Of a stretch of 64,000 nt of DNA, positions 17,102-26,974 are shown one piece after another (the first letter of the stretch is position 1; every line of letters starts with the position of its first letter). Origin of the DNA: Patescibacteria group bacterium. GTDB taxonomy: Bacteria; Patescibacteriota; Minisyncoccia; Phycocordibacterales; UBA2100. The stretch is from the NCBI GenBank assembly GCA_038064835.1, contig JBBTSD010000001.1, positions 234,361-298,360 of the forward strand, written 5' to 3'. The notes beneath the pieces are model-generated. The model did not search any database. It was not told the DNA's origin and saw only the letters and a program-made list of their open reading frames with translations. The position numbers were made by a program, and so were the translations under genes.

Positions 17102-20100
17102 ATGCAAAAACGAGATTCAATTCCGCACGACTTCACCGAACTGACTGTGAAGCTTGCGTCGCCAGAGCGAGCACTGGAGTGGTCACATGGTGAAGTGACG
17201 AAGCCAGAAACTATCAACTACCGCACCCAACGCCCAGAAAAGAGCGGACTATTCGATGAGAAAATATTCGGTCCAGAGCGCGACTACGAATGTTACTGCA
17301 GTAAGTACCGAGGCATCCGCTTCAAAGGTATTGTGTGTGAAAAATGTGGCGTCGAAATTACCCGCGCTATCGTCCGGCGCGAGCGCATGGGCCACATTGA
17401 TTTGGCCACCCCGGTGGCGCACATCTGGTATCTTCGCAACATTCCTTCGCGCATCGCGCTCATCCTCGGTCTCTCATCAGGAGATGCAGAAAAAGTGGTC
17501 TACTTCGCTGGCTATATTATCGTCAAAGTAAATCCTGAAGAGAAAACTCGAGTGCTCAAAGATCTCGAGCAGGAGCTTGAAATCAAGGTAAAGGCGGCAA
17601 ACAACGATGCAGAAAAGCTCCGCCTCAAGAATTTGGCGACACAGGCAAAGAAAGATATCGAACATATCGAAGTGGGTGCAGTTTTGGACGAAGCGGCATA
17701 TCACCTTTCTGCGGTGAAATATGGCGCATTCTTCGAAGCTGAAATCGGTGCAGAAGCCCTGTACACAATTCTTAAGAATATCAACATGACGAAGCTTCTT
17801 GAGGAGCTTAAAAAGAAACTCGAAAAGGCCCCAGCATCAGATCGCGAAAAGCTCAAGCGCCGAGTGTCGCTCGTGGAAACCATGCACCGTGCAGGCATTC
17901 GCCCTGAGTGGATGTTCCTCACGCGCCTACCAGTGGTGCCACCGGCACTTCGTCCGATGGTCGCGCTCGAAGGAGGACGCCATGCATCGTCAGATCTCAA
18001 TGATCTCTACCGTCGTGTCATCAACCGCAACAATCGTCTCAAGAAATTGCTTTCAATCAAGGCGCCAGAAGTTATTTTGCGCAACGAGAAGCGTATCTTG
18101 CAGGAGGCGGTGGATGCACTCATGGATAACACCATCCGCAAGAACAGTGGTTCCGGTGCGGTCCTCGGTGCTCGCCGTCGCGAACTCAAGTCGCTTGCAG
18201 ACTACTTGAAGGGCAAGCACGGATACCTCCGCCAAAACCTTCTCGGTAAGCGCGTCGACTACTCGGGTCGTTCAGTCATTGTTGTTGGTCCAGAGTTGGA
18301 TCTCGATGAATGCGGTTTGCCAAAGCATATGGCGCTTGAGCTTTTCCGTCCGTTTGTGATTGCGGGACTTCTCGAACGAGAACTTGCTTACAACATCCGT
18401 GGTGCCGGGCGGCTTATCGAAGACGGTGTGCCGGAAGTCTGGGCGATTCTGGAAGATGTCATCAAAGACAAACATGTTCTTTTGAACCGCGCACCAACGC
18501 TTCACCGCCAAAGTTTCCAAGGATTTCGTCCGACTCTTATCGAAGGAAACGCAATTCAGCTGCACCCGCTCGTATGTTCAGCCTTCAACGCTGACTTCGA
18601 CGGCGACCAGATGGCCGTGCATGTGCCACTTTCGCCAGAAGCACAGTGGGAAGCGCGTGAAATCATCTCGGCCAACAAAAACATCCTCAAGCCAGGATCT
18701 GGTGAGCCAGTGGTTATGGCGAAACTCCTTGATATCCTCCTTGGCTGTTACTGGATGACACAGGAAATTCCAGGACTTAAGGGCGAGGGGACAGCATTCC
18801 CGACAGCAAATGCGGCAATCACTGCACTTGATTTTGGTCATGTCGATATTCGCGCAAAAATCTGGGTCTTGCCAAGCAAGAACGAAAAGTACGCACAGTA
18901 CAACGGGGAGCGCTTCGAGACTACTATCGGAAGACTTCTCTTCAACTCATCTCTTCCAAACGACTTCCCGTACATCAACGAAGCGGTTGTTTCGAAAAAG
19001 ATGCGCAGTATCGTTGGCGACCTGGTCAAGCGCTATGGTCTCAGTGGCATTCCCGCAATCATCAACAAGGTAAAAACATTCGGTTTCAACAACGCGACGC
19101 GCGCAGGTATTACCTGGGGCCTTTCCGACCTCAAGACACCAAAATCAAAACCACAGATTGTGAAGGATGGCCAAGACCAAGTTGCAGAATATTGGCGCCA
19201 ATACAACGATGGACTTCTCACAGAACGCGAACGCTACCTCAAGGTCATCGAAGCATGGACATCGGTTAGTGATCGTATTCGCAAGGCGCTGGTGGAAGAG
19301 CTCGATCCGACTACTTCCGTACACAACATGGCTATATCTGGTGCTCGTGGCTCGATTGGTAACTTGCATCAGATGGCGGGCATGAAGGGGCTCATCACCA
19401 ACCCACGCGGAGAGACAATCGAATTCCCGATTATTGCTTCGATGAAAGAAGGACTTACTCCGATTGAGTATTTCATTTCAACTCACGGCTCGCGAAAAGG
19501 TTTGGCTGACACCGCACTCAACACCGCTCGCGCAGGGTACCTCACCCGTCGCCTCTTCGATGTGGCACAGGATGTTGTGGTGCTCGAAGACGATTGTGGT
19601 ACAAAAGATTCCATTGTCATCAAACGACCAGGCAAGGAAAATCTCGGTAGTGGTTTTGCTGACCGCTTAAGCGGGCGTGTCCTCGCAGACGCTATACCAG
19701 GCACCGAATGGAAACGAGGCGATCTCTTGAGTGCGCTCGATGCGCAAAAAGTGGAGCCACTTCCAGTATCTGAAGTATCTGTGCGCTCACCGATGACTTG
19801 CGCAACCATGCGTGGCGTTTGTCGAAAGTGCTATGGGATCGATCTTGCAACACAAGAAATGATTGATGTGGGTGAAGCTGTTGGTGTGGTGGCGGCCCAG
19901 GCGATCGGTGAGCCAGGGACCCAGCTGACTATGCGTACATTCCATGCCGGTGGTGTGGCGGCTGCAGGGGGCGACATCACCATGGGTCTGCCACGCGTGG
20001 AAGAGGTATTCGAACGACGCAAGCCGAAAGTTCCTGCAGTAGTTTCTCGCATTAACGGTACCGTCACCAGCATCGAAGAGGTTGAAGGAGAGATGATGAT

Positions 20101-20785
20101 TCGTGTTACTCCTGAAAGTGGCAAGGGTGGTAAGCGCGATACTGAATACACCATTCACCCCGCACGCATCATTCATGTAAAGGCTGGAGACACTGTCGTG
20201 AAGGGACAGTTCCTCACTGACGGCTCTGCAAACCTCGAAGACCTCTTTGCCTATTCGGGTCGCACAGCTACACAGGAGTACATCATCGAAGAGATTACAC
20301 GCATCTACGAAATGCAGGGCGCCTCAATCTCGCGCAAACACCTCGAACTTATCGTGAAGCAAATGTTCTCGCGCGTTACCATCACTGATGTTGGTGACAC
20401 CGAGTTTTCGTCCGATGACACAATCGAAGATTTCGAAGTTGAGCGCATTAACAAAAAGATGAAGGCAGAGGGCAAGGAACCTGCAAAGAGCAAGCCATTG
20501 GTTCTGGGTATTGCAGAAGTCGCACTTACTCGGAGTAGCTTCCTTTCATCGGTTTCTTTCCAGCACACGACACGGAAAGTCGTTGAGTCGTCGCTTGCTG
20601 GTACGGTAGATACGCTGATCGGGCTTAAAGAGAATGTGATTGTTGGCCGGCTTATTCCAGCCGGTACTGGATTCAAGGGAAGTCCAAAATACAATCGCCT
20701 CAAGGCACTTCAAGCAGAGATTTACAAGGATGTTGAAGAGCGAGAGCCGCGCGAGCGCCGTCCGCAGTCCGACGACCGCTCCTAA
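17102..20785 (+). CDS. rpoC: DNA-directed RNA polymerase subunit beta'
   Basis: 1227 aa. Has the zinc motif CxxYxxxRxxGxxCxxC and the catalytic NADFDGDQM motif. Confidence 0.97.
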   Translation: MQKRDSIPHDFTELTVKLASPERALEWSHGEVTKPETINYRTQRPEKSGLFDEKIFGPERDYECYCSKYRGIRFKGIVCEKCGVEITRAIVRRERMGHIDLATPVAHIWYLRNIPSRIALILGLSSGDAEKVVYFAGYIIVKVNPEEKTRVLKDLEQELEIKVKAANNDAEKLRLKNLATQAKKDIEHIEVGAVLDEAAYHLSAVKYGAFFEAEIGAEALYTILKNINMTKLLEELKKKLEKAPASDREKLKRRVSLVETMHRAGIRPEWMFLTRLPVVPPALRPMVALEGGRHASSDLNDLYRRVINRNNRLKKLLSIKAPEVILRNEKRILQEAVDALMDNTIRKNSGSGAVLGARRRELKSLADYLKGKHGYLRQNLLGKRVDYSGRSVIVVGPELDLDECGLPKHMALELFRPFVIAGLLERELAYNIRGAGRLIEDGVPEVWAILEDVIKDKHVLLNRAPTLHRQSFQGFRPTLIEGNAIQLHPLVCSAFNADFDGDQMAVHVPLSPEAQWEAREIISANKNILKPGSGEPVVMAKLLDILLGCYWMTQEIPGLKGEGTAFPTANAAITALDFGHVDIRAKIWVLPSKNEKYAQYNGERFETTIGRLLFNSSLPNDFPYINEAVVSKKMRSIVGDLVKRYGLSGIPAIINKVKTFGFNNATRAGITWGLSDLKTPKSKPQIVKDGQDQVAEYWRQYNDGLLTERERYLKVIEAWTSVSDRIRKALVEELDPTTSVHNMAISGARGSIGNLHQMAGMKGLITNPRGETIEFPIIASMKEGLTPIEYFISTHGSRKGLADTALNTARAGYLTRRLFDVAQDVVVLEDDCGTKDSIVIKRPGKENLGSGFADRLSGRVLADAIPGTEWKRGDLLSALDAQKVEPLPVSEVSVRSPMTCATMRGVCRKCYGIDLATQEMIDVGEAVGVVAAQAIGEPGTQLTMRTFHAGGVAAAGGDITMGLPRVEEVFERRKPKVPAVVSRINGTVTSIEEVEGEMMIRVTPESGKGGKRDTEYTIHPARIIHVKAGDTVVKGQFLTDGSANLEDLFAYSGRTATQEYIIEEITRIYEMQGASISRKHLELIVKQMFSRVTITDVGDTEFSSDDTIEDFEVERINKKMKAEGKEPAKSKPLVLGIAEVALTRSSFLSSVSFQHTTRKVVESSLAGTVDTLIGLKENVIVGRLIPAGTGFKGSPKYNRLKALQAEIYKDVEEREPRERRPQSDDRS

Positions 20786-20836
20786 AAGATGTAATTCTTG
20801 GGTGGATGTATCGTCTAGAGCAGTTCGATACATGCT

Positions 20837-23074
20837 CTAGTATTCCATCCCACCCCACTCAATCACACTGAATCCCGTGCGCGTGAATGACTGCAAATTT
20901 TGCGGAACAACCTCAGTGAATGTGTCGCGTGGCTTGAATGCCATGAATACACGCAGTACTGAGTCTGGTTGTGGCGAGATGGTGAGTGGAGCGCTCTCGG
21001 TGTATGCACTGCCAACAAAATGAATGAAGTTGTACGGATTATGTTGCATTTTCGGAAGCCAGAAAACGATGAATTCGTTATATTCGCGCGGAGTGAGTCC
21101 GAGTTTTGCAAGTGTGGTCTGTAGGAACGCACGCGTTTCGCTTCCTTTTACAACGAAGCCGTGGGTCTCGTCCACTCCGATGGGGTAGTGCGCCCCCTCC
21201 CAAAAGAGGTAGCTGTATTCGCGAGCGTTGCTTATGAGTGTGCCATCGGGATGTGCTGTAACGCGCCACCCCCCGATTGCGTCGTCGTATTCTGGATAGG
21301 TTGTGGAAAGTGTACCCTTGAATTGCAGGCCCACAGTCACTTCCTGCGTCTGTGTTGGATATAGATATATGACAGGTTTTAGAGCAATTGGGTAGGGATA
21401 TGGGTACGGAGTTCCCGTTTCAACTCTAGTCCACGCGCCATTGTCGCACTTATACCGGACAAGAATCCCTGGGCCGCAACCGACGACACACGCGACAGCA
21501 CTTGCTGCATTTGTGAGCACAAACGCCGCGGTACGGCTTCTTGAGTAGTCGACTCCCGATGATGATACAGGGCTGAAAGGAAGAATGGTGCCGTGGGGAT
21601 ATTCTTGGCCGTTAAAAGTACAGGCTAGGTCTGTTCTTAAAACACCAACGATTTGTATGCGCGCAGTTCGTGACAGTTGACTTCCCGGCGGGCCGTATGA
21701 AAGACGCAGTGTGTAGGGTATGGTTCCCTGTGCAGATGGATAGGTGTGTACATGCTCCTGCGCATCTGTGCTCGCGTTACAGCCTACCGTGGTGTGCGCA
21801 CGAGTGATTGGAGTGCTACCGTCGCCCCAATCAAGAGTAAATCCAGTGCACCCATTTTCAAGTGTGAAGCGGGCCTGGACTTGTCTCACCACACCGCCAA
21901 AGCCAGGAACAACAGACAAGTCATTCGCCGATGCAAATCCACTCGCGGCTTCACTCACTGATACGGTTTCTACTCTGGCTGCGTTGGTGTAGGCACCAAC
22001 CTGTGTCGTGGGGAGCGGATAGAGTTTGACAACTTTTGCACCCGGGGTGTCATAGCGATGGGTGATGCTAAATTCGGTTGGGCGACATGAGTCTCCTGGG
22101 TAAACCAAGGGAATTCGGTCGCCATCACCGAAATCCAGAGTATATTCGCCTCCGCCACACGATGCAGCTCCGTTGACGCGCACACTAAAGTTAACGGAGA
22201 GGGGTGCGACTCCTGACAGAGGAGAGGCAGTCAACGAGTCGGGAAAAATGGTTTTTGATTGTGTAGGTGGCGCATCTGCGACACGCACCGTGACGGCAGT
22301 TTTGTGCGCGCCAGATGATAGGGTTACCAGATAACTGCCCGGGAGTGCATAAGTATGAGCAATCGACTGAGTCATTTCGACACAGCGCGTTGCTGGGACC
22401 GACAGCTCGAATGGCGTAGTGCCGTCACCAAAATCAAGAAGATAGCTAGATCGTTCACATGAGCGCGAGGTATTTACCGTAGCAGTGGCGGTGACGGTGA
22501 GCGGTGCGCCGCCCGAGATGGGCTCTACCCGAATAAATGCGCCGACTTCTGTAGGGATGACAGAAGGACACCCTTCGGCAAGGGCCTTTCTGGTCCTCGG
22601 GCCGACACGGCCATAGCCAGTGCTCGTATATTCACCAACGGATACAATGCCACAGGAAACTTGGAAACGGCGAACGGCTGTTTCGGTGAGTGAGAGATAT
22701 CGTCCTGAGACGACACCTTCAGGATATATAGAGAAGTCTTGCGCCAAGAATGATTGAAGTCTCGCCACATCTTCTCCATTGCTTCCGCGGGCAATGTCAC
22801 GCGTTAGGAAAAGGCCACCGTGAAGCAGACTACCACTTTCTAAGTTTGTATTGGAACTTGAGGGGGTGTTTTTCAAATAGGGGGTAGTATTTGTGTTTGT
22901 CGGTTGCCCTCCCAAGTCGTTCTGAAGCATTTTGATTCGGTCGAGAAGTACTTTTATTTCTGATTCGAGTTCGGCTGAAGTTTGAGCGTGCGATATGAGT
23001 GGCAAGATGACCAGAGACAGGAGTAGTCCAACCACCACCTTCTGTACGCATATATGAGTAGTCATAGGCCTCAT
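20837..23074 (-). CDS. Large secreted protein with peptidoglycan-binding (PG_binding_1-like) domain and three PKD-like domains
   Basis: Signal peptide. ARLQSFLAQ...VRRFQ matches the PG-binding helix pair. DFGDGT, DFGDGD and DWGDGS are PKD signatures. It is convergent with rpoC. Confidence 0.7.
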   Translation of the reverse strand: MRPMTTHICVQKVVVGLLLSLVILPLISHAQTSAELESEIKVLLDRIKMLQNDLGGQPTNTNTTPYLKNTPSSSNTNLESGSLLHGGLFLTRDIARGSNGEDVARLQSFLAQDFSIYPEGVVSGRYLSLTETAVRRFQVSCGIVSVGEYTSTGYGRVGPRTRKALAEGCPSVIPTEVGAFIRVEPISGGAPLTVTATATVNTSRSCERSSYLLDFGDGTTPFELSVPATRCVEMTQSIAHTYALPGSYLVTLSSGAHKTAVTVRVADAPPTQSKTIFPDSLTASPLSGVAPLSVNFSVRVNGAASCGGGEYTLDFGDGDRIPLVYPGDSCRPTEFSITHRYDTPGAKVVKLYPLPTTQVGAYTNAARVETVSVSEAASGFASANDLSVVPGFGGVVRQVQARFTLENGCTGFTLDWGDGSTPITRAHTTVGCNASTDAQEHVHTYPSAQGTIPYTLRLSYGPPGSQLSRTARIQIVGVLRTDLACTFNGQEYPHGTILPFSPVSSSGVDYSRSRTAAFVLTNAASAVACVVGCGPGILVRYKCDNGAWTRVETGTPYPYPYPIALKPVIYLYPTQTQEVTVGLQFKGTLSTTYPEYDDAIGGWRVTAHPDGTLISNAREYSYLFWEGAHYPIGVDETHGFVVKGSETRAFLQTTLAKLGLTPREYNEFIVFWLPKMQHNPYNFIHFVGSAYTESAPLTISPQPDSVLRVFMAFKPRDTFTEVVPQNLQSFTRTGFSVIEWGGMEY

Positions 23075-23180
23075 TAGGTTTCAGTAATGTCTGGATTATA
23101 CACTGCTCAGGATAGTGGTTACGGTTCTTGAGTAAATGAACTGGGTGGTGGCTAGCCTCTACCCGTCGTATGATGTAGGT

Positions 23181-24899
23181 ATGTCGGACACAGTAGAACA
23201 GATAAAGGCACGGCTTTCCATCGTGGATGTCGTGGCTCCTTATGTAAAGCTGGTCAGGGCGGCAGGCAATTACAAAGCACGGTGTCCCTTTCACTCAGAG
23301 CGAACCCCCTCCTTCACGCTTTCACCAGACAGGGGTACTTATCACTGTTTCGGCTGTAATGTGGGGGGCGATATGTTCTCTTTTGTGCAGGCAATAGAAG
23401 GAACTGACTTTAAGGGGGCACTGAAAATACTTGCAGACAAAGCAGGTGTTCCTCTGGTATATGGCCGTAGCGACAAGAAGGACCCAACTGACAAATTGTA
23501 CGCCGCACTCGAAGAGGCGTGCTTGTTTTCAGAAAATTTGCTCACTAAAACACATCCTGCGTATGCCTACCTTGAAAAACGCGGACTCACCGAAGAGACG
23601 ATACGGTCCTTCCGTATCGGATGGGTGCCGAACGAGTGGCGTGCGCTCGCGACTCATTTGCGCGCAAAAGGTTTTACTGATGCGGATATTGAATCTGCTG
23701 GATTGGGCAAACGAACCGATAAAGGCCTCTACGACAGATTTCGAAGTAGGATTATGTTTCCACTCTGTGATTCTGCCGGTCGGGTGGTGGGGTTTTCTGG
23801 TAGAATCTTTGCCGAATCGGGAGATGTTCCGGCGGATGCGCCAAAATATCTCAATAGCCCAGAGACTCCGCTCTATCATAAATCAAAAATTCTGTATGGA
23901 TTTGATCGGGCAAAACAACATATTCGGAAACTCACTTTCTCGATTCTTGTTGAAGGACAGATGGATTTGGTCTCAGTGCACCAGGCGGGGTGGAAAAATG
24001 CAGTGGCTGTGTCGGGAACGGCACTTACTGAAGATCATATAAACTTGCTTCGTAGGATGGCAGACAATGTAGTGCTTGCGCTTGATGCGGACAAGGCAGG
24101 AGTTGAGGCGGCGCGCAAAAGTGCGCTAATCGCGCTCGCTGCCGGTATGGATGTAAAAGTTGCGCTCCTTCCTGCAGGAAGCGATCCTGCAGATTTTATA
24201 CTTACAGAAGGGAAGGATGCTTGGCGCAGTAGGGTACGAGACGCAAAGCATGTTGTTGAGTTTCTATTGACTGCTCTGACGACACAGCATGACGAAGCAC
24301 GAGCATACGCAAAGGCCGTGCGCCAAGTAGTGCTCCCGTTTATCGCTATGATACAAAGCCCTATCGACCGTGATCATTTTGTGCGCATGGTTGCCGGTCG
24401 TTTGGGTGTCGGTGAAGACGCAGTGCGTGCGGAAGTGGGTGGTGTACCTAGCAGAGAGGGAACACCACCCCTCGCTACGACAGCTTCTGTGGTGGAAAAA
24501 AAAAGAGCGTCATCGCCACGACTGCGGCAGATCTATGGCATTGTGCTTTGGCAGGGGCAGGCAAAAGACCCTGTGTGGGACAAGGAAAGAATTGCGTCAG
24601 TGCTTAGTGAAAGTGTGGGTAGTGGTGCGCTGGACTCACTTAATACACTCGATGAAGCGGTGAAGGAGAAGTTGCGGTTTGAAGCAGAAGAGCAATTTGC
24701 GCATGTGAAAGATGTCGCACAGGCTATCGAATCACTATTCCGTCTGGTTCGGCTCGATAGATTGCGCCGAGAGCTTTCCGAAGTACGCGTGCGCCTTGCC
24801 GAGGCTGAACAGACTGCCGACGGAACCCTTTCCGATGAGATGCTCGCGTTATCCACAGTCTTGACAAATGATATTGCCAAGATTGAAAGAATGCGCTAA
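23181..24899 (+). CDS. dnaG: DNA primase
   Basis: CHC2 zinc finger [11 protein letters not shown]...[10 protein letters not shown]. Toprim LVEGQMD...LDADKAG. The first ATG with family-like [10 protein letters not shown] is at 23181. Confidence 0.9.
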   Translation: MSDTVEQIKARLSIVDVVAPYVKLVRAAGNYKARCPFHSERTPSFTLSPDRGTYHCFGCNVGGDMFSFVQAIEGTDFKGALKILADKAGVPLVYGRSDKKDPTDKLYAALEEACLFSENLLTKTHPAYAYLEKRGLTEETIRSFRIGWVPNEWRALATHLRAKGFTDADIESAGLGKRTDKGLYDRFRSRIMFPLCDSAGRVVGFSGRIFAESGDVPADAPKYLNSPETPLYHKSKILYGFDRAKQHIRKLTFSILVEGQMDLVSVHQAGWKNAVAVSGTALTEDHINLLRRMADNVVLALDADKAGVEAARKSALIALAAGMDVKVALLPAGSDPADFILTEGKDAWRSRVRDAKHVVEFLLTALTTQHDEARAYAKAVRQVVLPFIAMIQSPIDRDHFVRMVAGRLGVGEDAVRAEVGGVPSREGTPPLATTASVVEKKRASSPRLRQIYGIVLWQGQAKDPVWDKERIASVLSESVGSGALDSLNTLDEAVKEKLRFEAEEQFAHVKDVAQAIESLFRLVRLDRLRRELSEVRVRLAEAEQTADGTLSDEMLALSTVLTNDIAKIERMR

Positions 24900-24981
24900 T
24901 ATGTCCCACACAGGCGCCGTGAGAACGGCGCAGCTAATTTTGTATATAAAAGGGAAGAGAGGCTTTTTATCGTTACTTATC

Positions 24982-26226
24982 ATGGCAAAAAAGAAAAAAG
25001 GAAACACAAAAAAGGTGGTACTTCGCAAAAAAACGGCGAAGGTTGCGAAACTACCCAAGCCAAAAAAAGTCGTCTCAAAGCGTGCCCCCATCAAGACAGT
25101 TGTTCGCCCCCAGAAACCCGTCCCCAAGAAAAAGACCAGCAAGAAAATAGACGCCGAAGAAAAGAAGGCACTCACACTGCTCTCGCTTGGCAAAGAACGA
25201 GGATATGTAACCTACGATGAAATATTGCGCTCTTTTCCGACAATCGAAGAAAACATCCTCCTTCTCGAAGAGATGTACGAACGATTTGCAACTGCGGGTG
25301 TCGATGTACTCGAGACAGGTAGCATGCTCGACAATGCGCATGCAGATGAAGTTCTTGAACGCAAGAAATTGCATCGTCGTCGGAGTGATTCGTCGTACGA
25401 CTCAATTCAGATGTATCTCCGCGAGATTGGCCAGTACCCCCTGCTTAACGCTCAGCAAGAACGAGAGCTGGCACAGCGCATCGTGGCAGGTGATATGGAG
25501 GCCCAAAACATCCTCGCGCGCTCAAACCTCCGTCTCGTTGTTTCTATTGCAAAAAAATATGCCAACCGCTCTCCAGACCTGACTCTGCTTGATTTGATTC
25601 AAGAAGGGAACTTGGGTCTTGCCAAAGCGGTGGTTAAATTCGATTGGACCAAGGGATACAAGTTTTCTACCTACGCAACCTGGTGGATTCGCCAGGCTAT
25701 TACGCGCGCGCTTGCCGATCAATCGCGCACTATTCGTATCCCTGTGCACATGGTGGAGACAATCGCCAAATACAAGCAAAAGATGCGCGAGCTCTCTCAG
25801 CACCTGGGGCGCGACCCACTACCAGAGGAAGTTGCCTCAGAAATGGGTGTTGAAGTAGAGAAAATTTATACCATCCAAAAAATCAGCCAGGATACCGTTT
25901 CGCTCGAAACTCCTGTGGGAAGTGACGATGATGACAAATCGAGCCTTGGAAGCTTTGTTGCTGACGAGACCATCGAATCACCGGATCATGGGGCCTCGCA
26001 TCGTATTTTGAGTGAGCAGATTCAGTCGGTTCTCGATGAATTGTCACCGAAGGAGCGCAAGATTCTTGAGCTCCGTCATGGACTCACCGAAGAGGGGATT
26101 TGCTACACCCTCGAAGAGGTAGGACGCGAATTCGGCGTTACGCGCGAACGCATTCGCCAAATTGAAGCAAAAGCACTTGAAAAAATCCGCTCACACGGCC
26201 GTGCCAAACAACTTCGCAGTTACTAG
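24982..26226 (+). CDS. rpoD: RNA polymerase sigma factor, sigma-70 family, with lysine-rich N-terminal tail
   Basis: Region 2 ([29 protein letters not shown]) and region 4 ([21 protein letters not shown]) are present. It follows dnaG, as in the conserved macromolecular-synthesis operon. Confidence 0.9.
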   Translation: MAKKKKGNTKKVVLRKKTAKVAKLPKPKKVVSKRAPIKTVVRPQKPVPKKKTSKKIDAEEKKALTLLSLGKERGYVTYDEILRSFPTIEENILLLEEMYERFATAGVDVLETGSMLDNAHADEVLERKKLHRRRSDSSYDSIQMYLREIGQYPLLNAQQERELAQRIVAGDMEAQNILARSNLRLVVSIAKKYANRSPDLTLLDLIQEGNLGLAKAVVKFDWTKGYKFSTYATWWIRQAITRALADQSRTIRIPVHMVETIAKYKQKMRELSQHLGRDPLPEEVASEMGVEVEKIYTIQKISQDTVSLETPVGSDDDDKSSLGSFVADETIESPDHGASHRILSEQIQSVLDELSPKERKILELRHGLTEEGICYTLEEVGREFGVTRERIRQIEAKALEKIRSHGRAKQLRSY

Positions 26227-26314
26227 TCAGCTTTAGGGACGAGCCCTCGCACCTACCTGTGCTGCTTTTGCATACGAGAAGATCAGACCTTCTCATTTCC
26301 GCAACCCCCTGCCC

Positions 26315-26355
26315 AAAACCCCATGTCGGACTTACGAAGTCCGACATGGGGTTTT
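26315..26355 (+). terminator. Strong rho-independent terminator after rpoD
   Basis: aaaaccccatgtcggac...gtccgacatggggtttt, a 16-bp stem with flanking A/T runs. Confidence 0.8.
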
Positions 26356-26437
26356 GGAGGGTGTGAGCAGTTACCTCCACAATTTTGCCAGAGAGTAGAC
26401 AATCCACTCGTTCAGGAGTAGATTTTCTGTTCGTCAT

Positions 26438-26974
26438 ATGTCCAGTGTTTTACGAGTTTTACGAAAAGTAGCCAGCGTTGGCACCCCCACCGAGCCTGCT
26501 CCCGAGGCTGTTTTCGTTGCAAAAGAGCTACCTGTAGGGGAGAACTTGCGCAAAGCCATTGAACAATTATATGGCGGACGGGCACTGCGTATTCGACATG
26601 TGGATGCAGGATCGAACAATGGAGAGGAATATGAAATGACGGCACTCAACAATGCCTTCTACGACATCGAACGATTCGGCCTTTCTTTCGTCGCGTCTCC
26701 TCGACATGCGGATGTGCTCACCGTTTCCGGTCCGGTGACGAGAAATATGGAACACGCCCTGCGGGTGTGTTATGAAATGACACCTGCTCCGAAAATAGTG
26801 ATTGCTGTGGGTGATGGTGCATGCACCGGCGGTATCTGGAAAGACTCCTATGCAGTTGTTGGCGCTGTCGAAAATGTCATTCCTGTTGATCTCAAAATAC
26901 CGGGTGATCCGCCATCACCCAACGAGATTCTTTCAGGGATTCTGCATGCGCTGACGCATGCGCGAGTTCGTTGA
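26438..26974 (+). CDS. NuoB / group-4 hydrogenase small-subunit homolog lacking 3 of 4 Fe-S cysteine ligands (EhrS-like)
   Basis: It aligns to NuoB: RHVDAGSNNGEEYE replaces the CCxxE motif, IAVGDGACTGG replaces GSCAxSGG, and IPGDPP replaces GCPP. The conserved DIERFG and RHADVL regions are retained. Confidence 0.75.
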   Translation: MSSVLRVLRKVASVGTPTEPAPEAVFVAKELPVGENLRKAIEQLYGGRALRIRHVDAGSNNGEEYEMTALNNAFYDIERFGLSFVASPRHADVLTVSGPVTRNMEHALRVCYEMTPAPKIVIAVGDGACTGGIWKDSYAVVGAVENVIPVDLKIPGDPPSPNEILSGILHALTHARVR

